Shown here in pieces: positions 12,512-23,549 of a DNA stretch of 64,000 bases. A program made the translations under genes and the position numbers. This DNA is from Eledone cirrhosa (Eukaryota): NCBI GenBank assembly GCA_964016885.1, contig OZ024741.1, forward strand, positions 327,298,001 to 327,362,000, given 5' to 3'. How positions within the stretch are numbered: position 1 is the stretch's first letter; the number at the start of each line of letters is the position of its first letter. The notes beneath the pieces were generated by a model, which was not told the DNA's origin, did not search any database, and was given only the letters and a program-made list of their open reading frames with translations.

Positions 12512-15500
12512 ATGGCTATGCTAAGAGTAGGCTGTTTAAATGCGCGTGGCCTGGGCTCAACTTGGAAGCAAGCAATGCTTCTAAATGACCTCAGGTCACA
12601 ACGTATAGATGTGATGGTTATTTGCGAGGCCCGGATCAGCAACGTGCGACAGCTGGCCCCCACCTTTGATGACTTTGAGATGCACGCATCTCTCTGTCAG
12701 CCCGGAGGTGGGGGTGGAGTTGTCGTTCTGCTGCAAAAACATCTGGGTCTCGCAACACAGATGGTACATTTGGACCCGGAGGGTCGACTAGTGGTTCTGG
12801 ACCTTGGCAGTGGTAAAGGCGGAGCGTTTAGGTTGGTAGCCGCCTACGGCCCTTTCGGGTCAATGCGGCCGGACTTCTTCCATCGCCTGGAGACTTTTCT
12901 GGGGACGTCCCGCTCCTTGCTATTAGTGGGGGACTGGAATGGTATCCTAGATGCACGCTGGGACTACGTAGGGGCCTGCCCCGATAGAGAGGGGTGTAAT
13001 AGCCTCAAAGGGTTAATCGGTCGATTTGACCTGGCCGATAGATATCGACTAGATTTTCCGACTGCGCCAACCTGGACTTGGGCAAATCGTAGCGGATCAT
13101 CTAGGTCGTACCTAGATAGGTTCTTAGTTAGAATTAAGGATAAGGACTTTTTAAGTTGTCCAAAAATGCGCATGGTTGGCTATTCAGACCACAAATTAGT
13201 GACCTGCATGGTCAACCTTGACAGAACTCATAGACAGGGCCCCGGTTACTGGAAGCTCAACTTGTCCTTGCCGGCAAGTAGAGCCTACAGGAATCGGATT
13301 AGTACGTTAGTTAAGGAACGGTTGACTGAAGCGATCGTCAACAGCAGGTGGTGGGTATCTCTAAAGAGAGAGATTAGAGTAGTCTCGATAGAATTTAGTA
13401 AGGTTCTAGCTGCGGATAGGAATAGGAAGGAAAGGGAGCTAATAGATAGAGTAGAAGAGGCAATTAGAAGCGGCGACGTGGCGAGAGTGCTAGCGTCGAG
13501 AACGGCTTTGAGCCAGTTTTTCGACGCGAAGCACGAAGGCTGCGTTGTCCGAAGTAAAATACGTGCTCTAGGGAACGAGGGGACCAAAGCTGTTAGCTGG
13601 GCCCGCGTGACAGAGGCCAACAGTGGAACTAAATCCACCATCCGGTCTTTGCGAGACCTGGATGGACGGGCGATTCTTGAGCCTAAGCAGATGTGTGAGG
13701 CCTTTCAAAGGCACTTTGCCCGACTGTTCGGGAGGGGCGGGGGGCCGGTTGGGAACGTGGACTTCGGTCCATACCTCGACGGCCTGCCGCGCCTCTCGGA
13801 CAGGGAGGCGAAGTCCTGCGAGGAGCCGATTTCGGCCGCTGAGATAGAGGACGTGCAGAGCCAATGCGGCAAACGCAAATCCCCGGGTCTCGAAGGTCTT
13901 CCTTACGAATTATATCTAGCTATGCCGGACTTGTTCCCCGATCTCCTCGAGGCGGTCTACTGCAACTGGCAACAGAATGGGAGAATTCCCTGTACTGTGA
14001 CCAAGGGCGTAGTCACGCTAGTGAGGAAGGACGAGAACAAGGGGGACGAAATAAGTAACTTCAGGCCCATAACTCTGCTAAATACAGAGTTACAGATTTT
14101 GGCCAAGGTGCTAGCAAAGAGGTTGGCGCTTGTCGTGGGCAACCTGGTGGGAGATGCGCAGACATGCGCTATCCCGTCCAGGTCCATCCATGACAACCTC
14201 CACCTCATGCGATACATCATAGAGAGGGTTGGGAACGAACCCGGCTTTGGTGGGGCTCTGATCAACTTGGATCAATCTAAGGCGTTCGATAGGGTCGACC
14301 ATGGTTACCTGGATGCGGTGCTAGCGGCGGCAGGCTTCGGACCCGTTTTCAGGGGCTGGATCACTGCTATGCACAGCAGCCGCATCTGCTCTAGGGTCAA
14401 GGTGAACGGCTACCTCTCGGAGCCGTTCAAAATCGCGCGGTCCATCCGACAGGGGTGCCCTCTCTCCTCCCTTCTGTATGTGTTGACTCTCGAGCCACTA
14501 CTGCGGAAGTTGGAGTTGTTGCAGGGCATCCCTTTGGAACCGGGATTGCGGAAAGCGGTGTCGGCCTACGCCGATGACGTGACAGTAATGGTGTCGACGG
14601 CCTCCGAAATCGAGGCGGTCGGCACCTTACTGGAGGAGTACGAAAAGTTCACAGGGGCTAAGCTGAACCGGGACAAGTCGATCGGTTTGCAACTCGGCAC
14701 GTGGAGGGGCATACCGATGCCCTCCGATGGCGTCGTCGGACGCTGGACGGAGGGCCCGGTGAAGTTGCTCGGGGTCTGGTTCGGACCGGACCTCCAGGTG
14801 GAGAAAAACTGGGCGGAGGTTACGAACAGGGTGTTTGCACTGACCCAGAAGTGGGCCAGTTGCAAACTATCCCTGAAAGGTCGGGCGGAGGTGGCGAACA
14901 CCTACATAGCGTCCGTCATCTACTACCGCCTGACCGTAGTGCCCTGCCCAAGGGAAACCCTCACCAAGATGGAGCGCGCGCTCTTCCAATTCCTTTGGAA
15001 GAGGCGGGCTCCTATGGTGAGGAGATCCATCTGCTGTCAACACCCTTCGAAAGGAGGGCTGGGGATGCCGTGGCTAATGATGCGTAAACACGCATTAAGG
15101 CTACGGCACCTCTACGTATTCCTCACCGGACAACCGGTGTGGGCCTCGTTTGTGAGGCGAACCTTTCCCAGACTCGTCTCACTCACCGAGCTGCAATCCT
15201 GGGTCAAGCAAAGACCGAGAAAACTGGGCGCCTGGCACACTGAGTGTGCCCAGGCGCTCACCGCCCTCTGGCAGGCGGATCCGGTTATCAGTGGAGACTC
15301 CACCGCAACATTCTATAGAGGGCTGGTACGCAGCAGGTGCGACGACGCCCTCGGAGAAGCCCTAGACATGGAGGAGGACGAACTGGCCAGCCTGTTCGGT
15401 AGGACATTCAGCCCGGGACCTATGGACAACTTCCAGAAGTCCCTGGCCTGGCAGTGCTACCGAGGGGCTTTACCCGTTCGAGAAAGGCTCTACAGACACG

Positions 15501-15949
15501 GGCGCCCGGGTAGGGACCCCGCCAAAAAGATCTGTCCCAGATGCGTGTGCGACGAGGAAACCGTTGCACACGCATTGGTACACTGCTCGGGCGTAGCCGA
15601 TCTGTGGGGCTATGTCGAACAACTGCTGTCAAGGGTGGAACCGATCCGGTTGACCACCGAGTCTATTGTAATGATCAAGCCGCCTCCCCCCTTCAAAGAT
15701 GAAGCAGAGGCGGTGTTTCTGTGCGTAATAGCCATGGCGAAAGAGGTTGTATGGTGGACGCGTCTGAAAGGACTGAGGTCAGGCACCTTTCTCTCTGGCC
15801 AACAACTGGTCCGTTTCTTCCGATATCATTTCGGAAGAAGGATCAGGATGGAGAGAGAGGTGCTGCACCCCAGCCGTTTCTATGAAAGATGGGTGAAAGT
15901 GGCGAGAATGGCCCGTGTGAATGGGCCTTCACTCTACATCAGACTATAG
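12512..15949 (+). CDS. Tx1 ORF2: AP endonuclease + reverse transcriptase + C-terminal zinc finger
   Basis: LNARGL, GDWN, YLDRF, SDH (APE); WKLN, FRPITLLN, DQSKAFDRV, RQGCPLS, YADD, KGGLG (RT); CPRC..HALVHC. First ATG at 12512; frame open from 12488. Confidence 0.96.
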   Translation: MAMLRVGCLNARGLGSTWKQAMLLNDLRSQRIDVMVICEARISNVRQLAPTFDDFEMHASLCQPGGGGGVVVLLQKHLGLATQMVHLDPEGRLVVLDLGSGKGGAFRLVAAYGPFGSMRPDFFHRLETFLGTSRSLLLVGDWNGILDARWDYVGACPDREGCNSLKGLIGRFDLADRYRLDFPTAPTWTWANRSGSSRSYLDRFLVRIKDKDFLSCPKMRMVGYSDHKLVTCMVNLDRTHRQGPGYWKLNLSLPASRAYRNRISTLVKERLTEAIVNSRWWVSLKREIRVVSIEFSKVLAADRNRKERELIDRVEEAIRSGDVARVLASRTALSQFFDAKHEGCVVRSKIRALGNEGTKAVSWARVTEANSGTKSTIRSLRDLDGRAILEPKQMCEAFQRHFARLFGRGGGPVGNVDFGPYLDGLPRLSDREAKSCEEPISAAEIEDVQSQCGKRKSPGLEGLPYELYLAMPDLFPDLLEAVYCNWQQNGRIPCTVTKGVVTLVRKDENKGDEISNFRPITLLNTELQILAKVLAKRLALVVGNLVGDAQTCAIPSRSIHDNLHLMRYIIERVGNEPGFGGALINLDQSKAFDRVDHGYLDAVLAAAGFGPVFRGWITAMHSSRICSRVKVNGYLSEPFKIARSIRQGCPLSSLLYVLTLEPLLRKLELLQGIPLEPGLRKAVSAYADDVTVMVSTASEIEAVGTLLEEYEKFTGAKLNRDKSIGLQLGTWRGIPMPSDGVVGRWTEGPVKLLGVWFGPDLQVEKNWAEVTNRVFALTQKWASCKLSLKGRAEVANTYIASVIYYRLTVVPCPRETLTKMERALFQFLWKRRAPMVRRSICCQHPSKGGLGMPWLMMRKHALRLRHLYVFLTGQPVWASFVRRTFPRLVSLTELQSWVKQRPRKLGAWHTECAQALTALWQADPVISGDSTATFYRGLVRSRCDDALGEALDMEEDELASLFGRTFSPGPMDNFQKSLAWQCYRGALPVRERLYRHGRPGRDPAKKICPRCVCDEETVAHALVHCSGVADLWGYVEQLLSRVEPIRLTTESIVMIKPPPPFKDEAEAVFLCVIAMAKEVVWWTRLKGLRSGTFLSGQQLVRFFRYHFGRRIRMEREVLHPSRFYERWVKVARMARVNGPSLYIRL

Positions 15950-16286
15950 GTGAGGAAGATGAAAGACCAAGGGAGCACCCCTTCTCTGTGCTCCTGAGGA
16001 GAAGGGTTGCACACTTTTTTCGGGGGTGTGTGCGACCCCCCAAGGCGCCTCCTCTCTATTGAGGATTTTGTTAAAAATTTTATTTTTTGTTATATCTTAT
16101 TTTATTTTTATATTTTGTTATTGCCTCCTCCTTATTGAGGACGCCTTTTTGTGTAAACTTCCCCCTTTGTACTTGTCCCACTTTTGATGCCCTAGTGGCA
16201 AATAAAAGAAATATATCTATCTACCTAGCTACTTACATATATAAAATATTCTCTCTCTCAATTTCTATCTCTCTCTACACACACGC

Positions 16287-16317
<31 letters not shown>

Positions 16318-16387
16318 TTTATATATATATATATATATATAAAGATATATAGATATATAGAGCCATATATCTATATATCTATCTATG

Positions 16388-16460
<73 letters not shown>

Positions 16461-16470
16461 ACATACATAC

Positions 16471-16506
<36 letters not shown>

Positions 16507-17015
16507 AGTTAAAGAAAGAAGAGTAACATTTTTGGGTGTACAATAAGTGCTTTATTCAAAGTGCTGACAATTGTTTCGTTGATCTGGTGCGTCTTTAGTT
16601 CGCTAATCGCTTGATGCTGCGCCAATCGAATTCCAATACGTTGTTTACAACCAGTCAATACACCAGAGAGAGTGAATATGAGAATAATACGCAAGGCTTT
16701 TATAGAAGAGTGGTGTTAAACCAAAACAATAACATCAGTAACAAAATAGCTAGATAGCGAATAATTAAAACACGCATGGTAAATAAACAGAGATTATACA
16801 GATGTATGAAGTGACATGCAAAATCTAAAATAAGGTACATTAACAGTAGTAGTAATATTAAGAGAATGAGGAAAAGTAGATAAACGAATAAAATAATAAA
16901 ATGTACTTAGAGTCAGATTTTAGGATCTCTACTGTAAGTGCAATTATGAGAAATTTAGATACAAATGAGCTGTGGGCGGAAAAATGAACAACAATAAAAC
17001 GGATATTAATTTAAA

Positions 17016-17203
17016 GGTGGTGGATTGGCAGTATCGGTAGAGGGTCGGACGCCATGCTTTCCAGCATAGTTACGTCCCTTTACGATCTGAGTTCAAATCC
17101 CGCCGAGGTTGACTTTGCCTTTCATCCTTACGGGGTCGATAAAATAAAGTACCAGTAATGCACTGGGTAATTGCTGGCCTTGTGCCTAAAGTAGAAACAA
17201 TTA
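17016..17203 (+). mobile_element. tRNA-derived SINE (family 1, octopus-type)
   Basis: tggcagtatcggtag ... gagttcaaatcccgccgagg ... tttcatccttacggggtcgataaaataaagtaccag; repeated at 38491, 48743 and ~61660. Confidence 0.85.
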
Positions 17204-17495
17204 ATTTATGGTTTGACAGATAAATGCTTGTAGTAGATATTTTCCCTTGTTGTATTATCCCAGGGAGATTTATGGAGGGAGTATATAGAGATTTATTGTT
17301 CTATGGTTAGCTGGTATTATCTTTAACTATTATTACTCCAAGTATAACCTGCATAGAAATTACCGCGAACTCGCTGCATCAGTATGGAAGCGACTTGTTG
17401 AGTCAAAGTAAGCCGCACGTTAAAACCAACCACAATACGGAGTACTCTAACTGGACTACCTCTAAGCGGATCACCTATAACGCGAACCTGTTATC

Positions 17496-17540
<45 letters not shown>

Positions 17541-17864
17541 CGTGTGTGTGTGTGTGCGTGTGTGTGTGTGTGTGTGTGAGTGTGTGTGTGTGTGTGTGTG
17601 TGTATGCATATATACATATGTATATATCCATAAAAATGCATATGGGTGTTTCTTCGCATGATCGATAGATTGAAAATTTAAAATATTAATGTATCGTATC
17701 ACTATAAAATTGTCGATCCAAAAAACGTCAACGCTATATGTTCAAGCCTGATCGATATTCATCATGGCTTTCTTTTTGTGTCAAGAACAATAATTAAAGA
17801 AACACAATAATCATTTACGTAACAGATTATATTTCATTTGAATAATAAAATACCATTTCTTAGG

Positions 17865-17899
<35 letters not shown>

Positions 17900-18317
17900 C
17901 CGACAAAATATGCACACTCCACTTTTCCTTTTGTATGCACACACATACTCTTATATTAACATGCTTTGGCTCATAGCTTTGTACTGACAAGCACACACAC
18001 ACTCTTTTACTTACATATGCAAACATTGCTTCTTAGCTTCGTACGGACGTATAATAACCCCCCACCCCACCCCATACTCATGCACACAAACATGCATACG
18101 CACGCATACATATATAGCTCTTTTTCAAAAACGCTTATCTTTCCATTTCAGGTAGACGGCTCATCATCTACTTACAAAAATAAAGCATACATAAAACGCC
18201 AGCATCAAGAGTTTTCCAAGATATGTAAAATATGAATGTACCTGTTATTTTTATATAGAGACTTTCTTTCCAATTCTAACCCAGCCGTCCCTTCTATCTA
18301 TTTTATTTCTCATTCTT

Positions 18318-18353
18318 TCTTCTGATGAAGGACTAGTGTCCGAAACGTTAAGA
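18318..18353 (+). ncRNA. Minimal PLE-type hammerhead ribozyme
   Basis: tctt-CTGATGA-a-ggac tagt gtcc-GAAACGTT-aaga; stem III reduced to palindromic ACGT. Confidence 0.8.
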
Positions 18354-18494
18354 CCCATTTCCTGCTACTTCAAGCGTTAACATCATATATTCCTTCTATA
18401 TACTGTACCGATTGTATTGTTATTTTTGTTTAGATTTACACACACGCACACACCCACACCCACACCCACACACACATACACATGTATATATATA

Positions 18495-18680
18495 TTTATT
18501 TAATATAGAAAAGGCTTCTACAAGACTAGAACTCTTTTATTCGGGAGAAATCAAGATGATTTCACCCGAATGAAACAGTCGTAGTCCTGTAGAACCCTTT
18601 TCTATATTAAATATTTATACTCTGCTTTGTATTGAGTACCTTAATTACTGTGGTTACCCTCGATTGATAACCGGGATAAA

Positions 18681-18684
<4 letters not shown>
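18495..18684. mobile_element. Family A foldback element with two 5'-truncated HHR halves
   Basis: Imperfect palindrome centred at ~18555; right arm ..gatgatttcacccgaatGAAACagtcgtagtcctGTAgaac matches the 1696 and 27599 HHRs; tail shared with 23240-23298 and 27475-27545. Confidence 0.75.
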
Positions 18685-18725
<41 letters not shown>

Positions 18726-18919
18726 CCTGATTGTTTTTTTTTTCGTTGCTCTGGTTTCATGTGGCTGTGTCACAGGTCGCAGTTTTCTATCTGTCAAGCT
18801 ATCTACCGTATCTTATTACTCTAAGGTGACACAACCTTATCGAGTGCTTCGCTGCACATTCCTAATTGTATATCGTTAGCTTGGCCACAGCCAAAACTAC
18901 GAATTTACTAAACTTCCAT

Positions 18920-19023
<104 letters not shown>

Positions 19024-19340
19024 AGGGAGTGTAACGTGATATTACAGTAGGTTCACCCAGGTGAGCACTCGATGTTTAGGTTTGCGTCAGTGGCGAGGTG
19101 TAGAGCTAGACAGAATGGAATATAATAATATAACAAGGGCAATTTGCTAAGCCTTCATTACGTTTATTGATTGGCGACGCGCATTTCGCTATTATTCAGC
19201 TCAAGGTTCGATCTGTATCGATCTGGCAGGACTCTGGAATCAAAAGCTCGTCGGACCTCTGCTGTTGTAATTACGTCACCAATCAATAAACGTAAGGAAG
19301 GCTTAAGTAATCGTCCTTGCTATATCATTATTATTGTCAT

Positions 19341-19395
<55 letters not shown>

Positions 19396-19526
19396 GTATG
19401 GTTGCATGAAACGTGCGCCGGAAGACGGTATGCTGGTTAAGCACTCGATGCTCGCGCAGAGCTGAGTATAATATTATAAGGAGAACGAACAAGCACTGAG
19501 TGTTGCATCATAGCATATTTAATAAA

Positions 19527-19614
19527 ATATTACATATGTTTCACTATCGATTAGCTCGAGACAAAAACTATTATAGATCGAAGCTAACTCTGTAATCAAA
19601 AGGTCGTCAGATAT
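19527..19614 (-). ncRNA. Hammerhead ribozyme with long stem II
   Basis: Minus strand: atat-CTGACGA-(~60 nt incl. ttagcttcga/tcgagctaa)-GAAACATATGTA-atat; palindromic ACATATGT; base of stem II imperfect. Confidence 0.65.
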
Positions 19615-19664
19615 GCTTAGTATATGAATTCATCTCCGATTCCGTATTAGCTATCTATATATAG

Positions 19665-19750
<86 letters not shown>

Positions 19751-19813
19751 AATGAAGTAATTCCGTCGGAAAGGTCCAGGAAAAAAGAGTGCTCTATGTA
19801 AGTTACATAGCTT

Positions 19814-20043
19814 ATTAGTTATGTAATAAACAACATAAGATAATTATTTCATTTACCTGTGGTTGCTTGAAAGCAACCAAAATTGCTTTCGTTCATCAGA
19901 ATGAAAAACTCCTGGTGTCATTATTGACAGTGGATTTTCAAATCCACTGTTAATAAAGACATTCTGATGAATGAAAGCAATTTAGTTGCTTTCAAGAAAC
20001 TAATGGTAAATGATATAATTATCTGATGTTGTTTATTACATAA

Positions 20044-20048
<5 letters not shown>
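19814..20048. mobile_element. Foldback element with two divergent HHRs
   Basis: ~90-bp inverted arms around a central hairpin; HHR at 19960-20012 (+) and degenerate mirror at 19850-19903 (-; GAAAC changed to GCAAC). Confidence 0.78.
19960..20012 (+). ncRNA. Type I hammerhead ribozyme
   Basis: catt-CTGATGA-a tgaaagcaa tttag ttgctttca a-GAAACtaatgGTA-aatg; 9-bp stem II. Confidence 0.78.
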
Positions 20049-20077
<29 letters not shown>

Positions 20078-20081
<4 letters not shown>

Positions 20082-23000
20082 CGAAACATAAGTCAATTGT
20101 GAACTCATAATCCTTTATTTACCGCTATATATATATTTCGATGATACCCATTGTATAGCTATGACCTCATCCGGCAGTTAGTAAGTTCTTAGACATGCCA
20201 GCTCTGGGTTTTTGCTTTTGATGGTTTTAGAGCCTTCGGACATATGAACTTGTTAGGGATAAATTAATGTTGTCAGCAGGAATAATTTTAGTTTTAATTG
20301 GTCAGTTTGTACATGCTAGTAGGATTGGTATGTGACCTCAAAGTGGTCGGTGGTGTTGTAAAGTTCAAACCGTCAGTTTCTTATGATTGATTTTCATTCC
20401 TGGTTAGATATATATTCAAATGAAATTCGATACTACAGGGCATTCTTAAATTGAGGAATTTATGTGGGGTAATAATACTGAAAATTATGGTTAGATTCAA
20501 ATACTTAGAAAGTTTACATATAAAGAAAAATTATTGTTTAGACTAGACAAAAGTAGGGTGTGATACATATATTCACAGCAATAGCTTAGTGACTTTAGAG
20601 ATTAGGCGATTCCCTTAGTACAGACATATACAGGTACACGCACCCACTCATACTTGTATACCTCTGGATGCGTGTGTATGTCTATATACACATGTGCATT
20701 CATACAAGAGAGCATACACAAATATACTCTTAAACATACACTCGAACATTTTTCAAATGCAACCTGGGGTATTAGTATATCGTTGCGTTCACATAAGTGC
20801 GTACATTCACCTAATCCCGGTATACACACACAACGCACGGTTGCGGGCACACTGTTTGTTAGGATAATAGCTCCTCTTGTGTGGGCGACTCCCTTGGGGA
20901 GCGGTATATCGGTTTCAAAAAACGTGGTTGAGCTGACTCCTAAACAGTAGAGTACCTGGTGGACAATCCACTTTGGGGACCACAAACTATGGGTGGCTGT
21001 TGTTGCCCATTGGTCATTGGTACGGGGTGTAGGGAGCCCTACATGGGGGGGGGGCTTTCAATTTTGTGTATCTCGGCAGTTCATTAGAGCTTGCCCAGTA
21101 TGTGAGGAGCTACGGGAGTGGACCTATGTGGGAGGTGTGTGTGAAAATGCACGGGGCATTGCTATCCTATAATAGGGGTGCCGAAATTTCTGCTAAGGGC
21201 TGGTCGGAGGAAGTAGAGGTGGGAAAAGGGTGTTGAAGGGAGGCCGTAACCGGGGTTTATCCATATAGCTTGAGGACAGTTCCCGTCCTAAGTTGTCTGC
21301 AGGTGCCAAATAAGGCGGCCCTTCTGTTTAATAGCTTGGTTCCGCCATGAAGTATCTCGAGTGTCTCACTAAGACAGAGGTTGCAAATACCAGACCCACC
21401 TGTGTCTGGGCGAACCTTTCTAACTACGGACCAGATCAAAGAGTGCGGGGTCCCTTCAACTTTGACTTCCAGATCAATTCAGAAAGGGCCGTACATTTCC
21501 TTTTTTCTATTCTGTTAAAGGAGTGGCGGTGGTTATACCACCTATCATTGAAGTTCGTCGCCGTGGATCCTATGTAGTTGTGCTCCGAGTTAGGGGTTGT
21601 GACCCTGCACCTGTAGACTACGTTTTTCGTCTTACATTCATTACTAAGGGGGCATAGTGATGGGTTTCTGCAATTGCCTGACTTTTTAAGTCCCTGCACA
21701 TGTACCGTGGGATTACCATCAGGTGGGGTTGGCTGGCTAACCGCCGCATTCAGCACATGCTCGTTGGATTGCGCTGTGCTAGTTGGGCCTGCCCGGGGTC
21801 TGGGGCGTCTCGTGTGCTGGTTCCGTTGGGTGGCTCCAGGGTTTACGGTGGTATTAGAAGCGGTGAGCCTACTCCTATTTATACCGGCTATGTGCTGGGC
21901 TACGGAATGTGTGGTTGAGTAGGATAGTTTCAGCATATGCCTGTTGAATACTTTATGGTACCTGTGGGCCCTAGGGAAACATTTATCCACTACTCTTAAG
22001 AATGTTTTAGCCAGGCTGGTACGTAGACCCAGCGAGTACGGGGGGTTATACCATGTGACCTTCCTGGTCCTATTCCTGCGGGGTAGTTGGGTGTCCGTCG
22101 TGGTCCATTGCGGGATTGTTCACAGCTCAGGTCGAGCTCCGTTGGTGTTACACAGGTGTGTAGAGCGGGTAGCGTTCGTTGTTCGGTCACTATCAAGCGT
22201 GTTATATGGGCCTACCGTGGGGCTATAAATCTGCGCGGTGCGGTGTCCCTACTCAATGAGGGTTCGGTGGGCGGTGAGGCAGGGCGGGGCTGTCTATGCT
22301 CCGCACTACAGTGGTCATCAGTGTTGTAGGTATTAGACCGGTGGTGTATGCAGGACCTTCTACCGGGGGTGGTGGAGGTTAGGGGTCTGGGCGTATTACT
22401 ACTGGTCACCGTGGTATTAGGTGGGCGATTCATGCCCCTGAGGGTATTGGCCCGGGGCACCCTTGGGTCATCTAGATCATGTCCCTTAGGGTTATAGCTG
22501 ATCCTATGGCTATGGGACGCCTTAGCTAGCGCTGAGTTATAATAATCAGCATTACTATTGAAGATCTTTTTATTGGCAGACAAGTTAGAGATCCTGTCAG
22601 AGACACTCTTAACTACGGCCTTAACTATAGATCTAGGCTGATTGATATACACCAGCTTCTCATTGGGTTTATGATATGGGTGGTGTGGCTTGGTGTTGAG
22701 GTTGAGGGTGGTGTCCAGGAAATTCACTACTTTTCTATTGGGTCCCATCTCTACTTTAAGTCGTACCTTGCTAAAAAAGTGACTAATTTTCCTCTTCATA
22801 TTTTCGACCATTTGGTGCTGTGGGCCACGACGGTGAAGAGGGCGTCGTCTCTGTACAGTTTGCCACCCAGTTTGGGTATTTTGCTCCTGATCTTGTAGAA
22901 TATGTATATCCCAACCAGGTCCGTTAGCTGGAGGGAGTCACTGGAAACCATTGTGATGTCAAAATTATTTGGCCAGTCACTCCGGGTCCATAGGTCCCCA

Positions 23001-23197
23001 CCGAATCGGATCAGGGTCTTTTTGACGGCGTGTATGATTCGGACCTCTTCGCGCGGTAGGTCTGTCCTATTCATCGCGAATATGAGGGCATTGTTCAGGA
23101 CTATGGGCGAGATAGAGGAGTAGTAATTGTTGATGTCTAGTTGTATGAAGCTAGTCGTATGTTTGTCAGGTAAAGAAGTAAACCAGTCCAGCACCAT
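20078..23197 (-). mobile_element. Penelope-like element, 5'-truncated and decayed, with 3' HHR-bearing end
   Basis: RT (QLDINNYYSSI, LYRDD, FLDTTLNL, YHKPN), linker (FPRAHRYHKVFNRH..SYS), GIY-YIG (NC..CPL..C, VVYRC..YIG, CNLCLSE); degenerate HHR at 20120-20180 (CGGATGA). That the 3' region belongs to the same element is inferred. Confidence 0.88.
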
Positions 23198-23292
23198 ATA
23201 TATATGTTTAATATGTATATATGTTTAATATAGATAAGCTTATGTATTGAGTACCCTACTTACTGTGGTTACCCCCGATTGAACCCGGGTTA

Positions 23293-23361
<69 letters not shown>

Positions 23362-23549
23362 AAAATAACAGATTAAAGTTCAAGCAAAAATCGCTGCTTT
23401 CACCCTTAACGGGATCTTCACATTTATTATTACTATTTTTATTATTATTATATATATGTGTGTGTATATGTGTGTGTATATATGTGGGGGGGTGCGTGGG
23501 GGGGGGGTGCGTATGTGTGTGTCAAGTGAAAGACTGAATGAACAGTACA

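Larger units (their letters stand above)
10470..16213 (+). mobile_element. Full-length intact Tx1-type (L1 group) non-LTR retrotransposon
   Basis: Two uninterrupted ORFs, AATAAA at 16201, and an identical 18-bp TSD tatctatctacctagcta at 10452-10469 and 16214-16231. Confidence 0.93.

Noticed and set aside
10795-15632. Antisense and alternate-frame ORFs within the Tx1 element
   Set aside because: Shadows of (AAC)n repeats and GC-rich coding sequence; no recognisable motifs.
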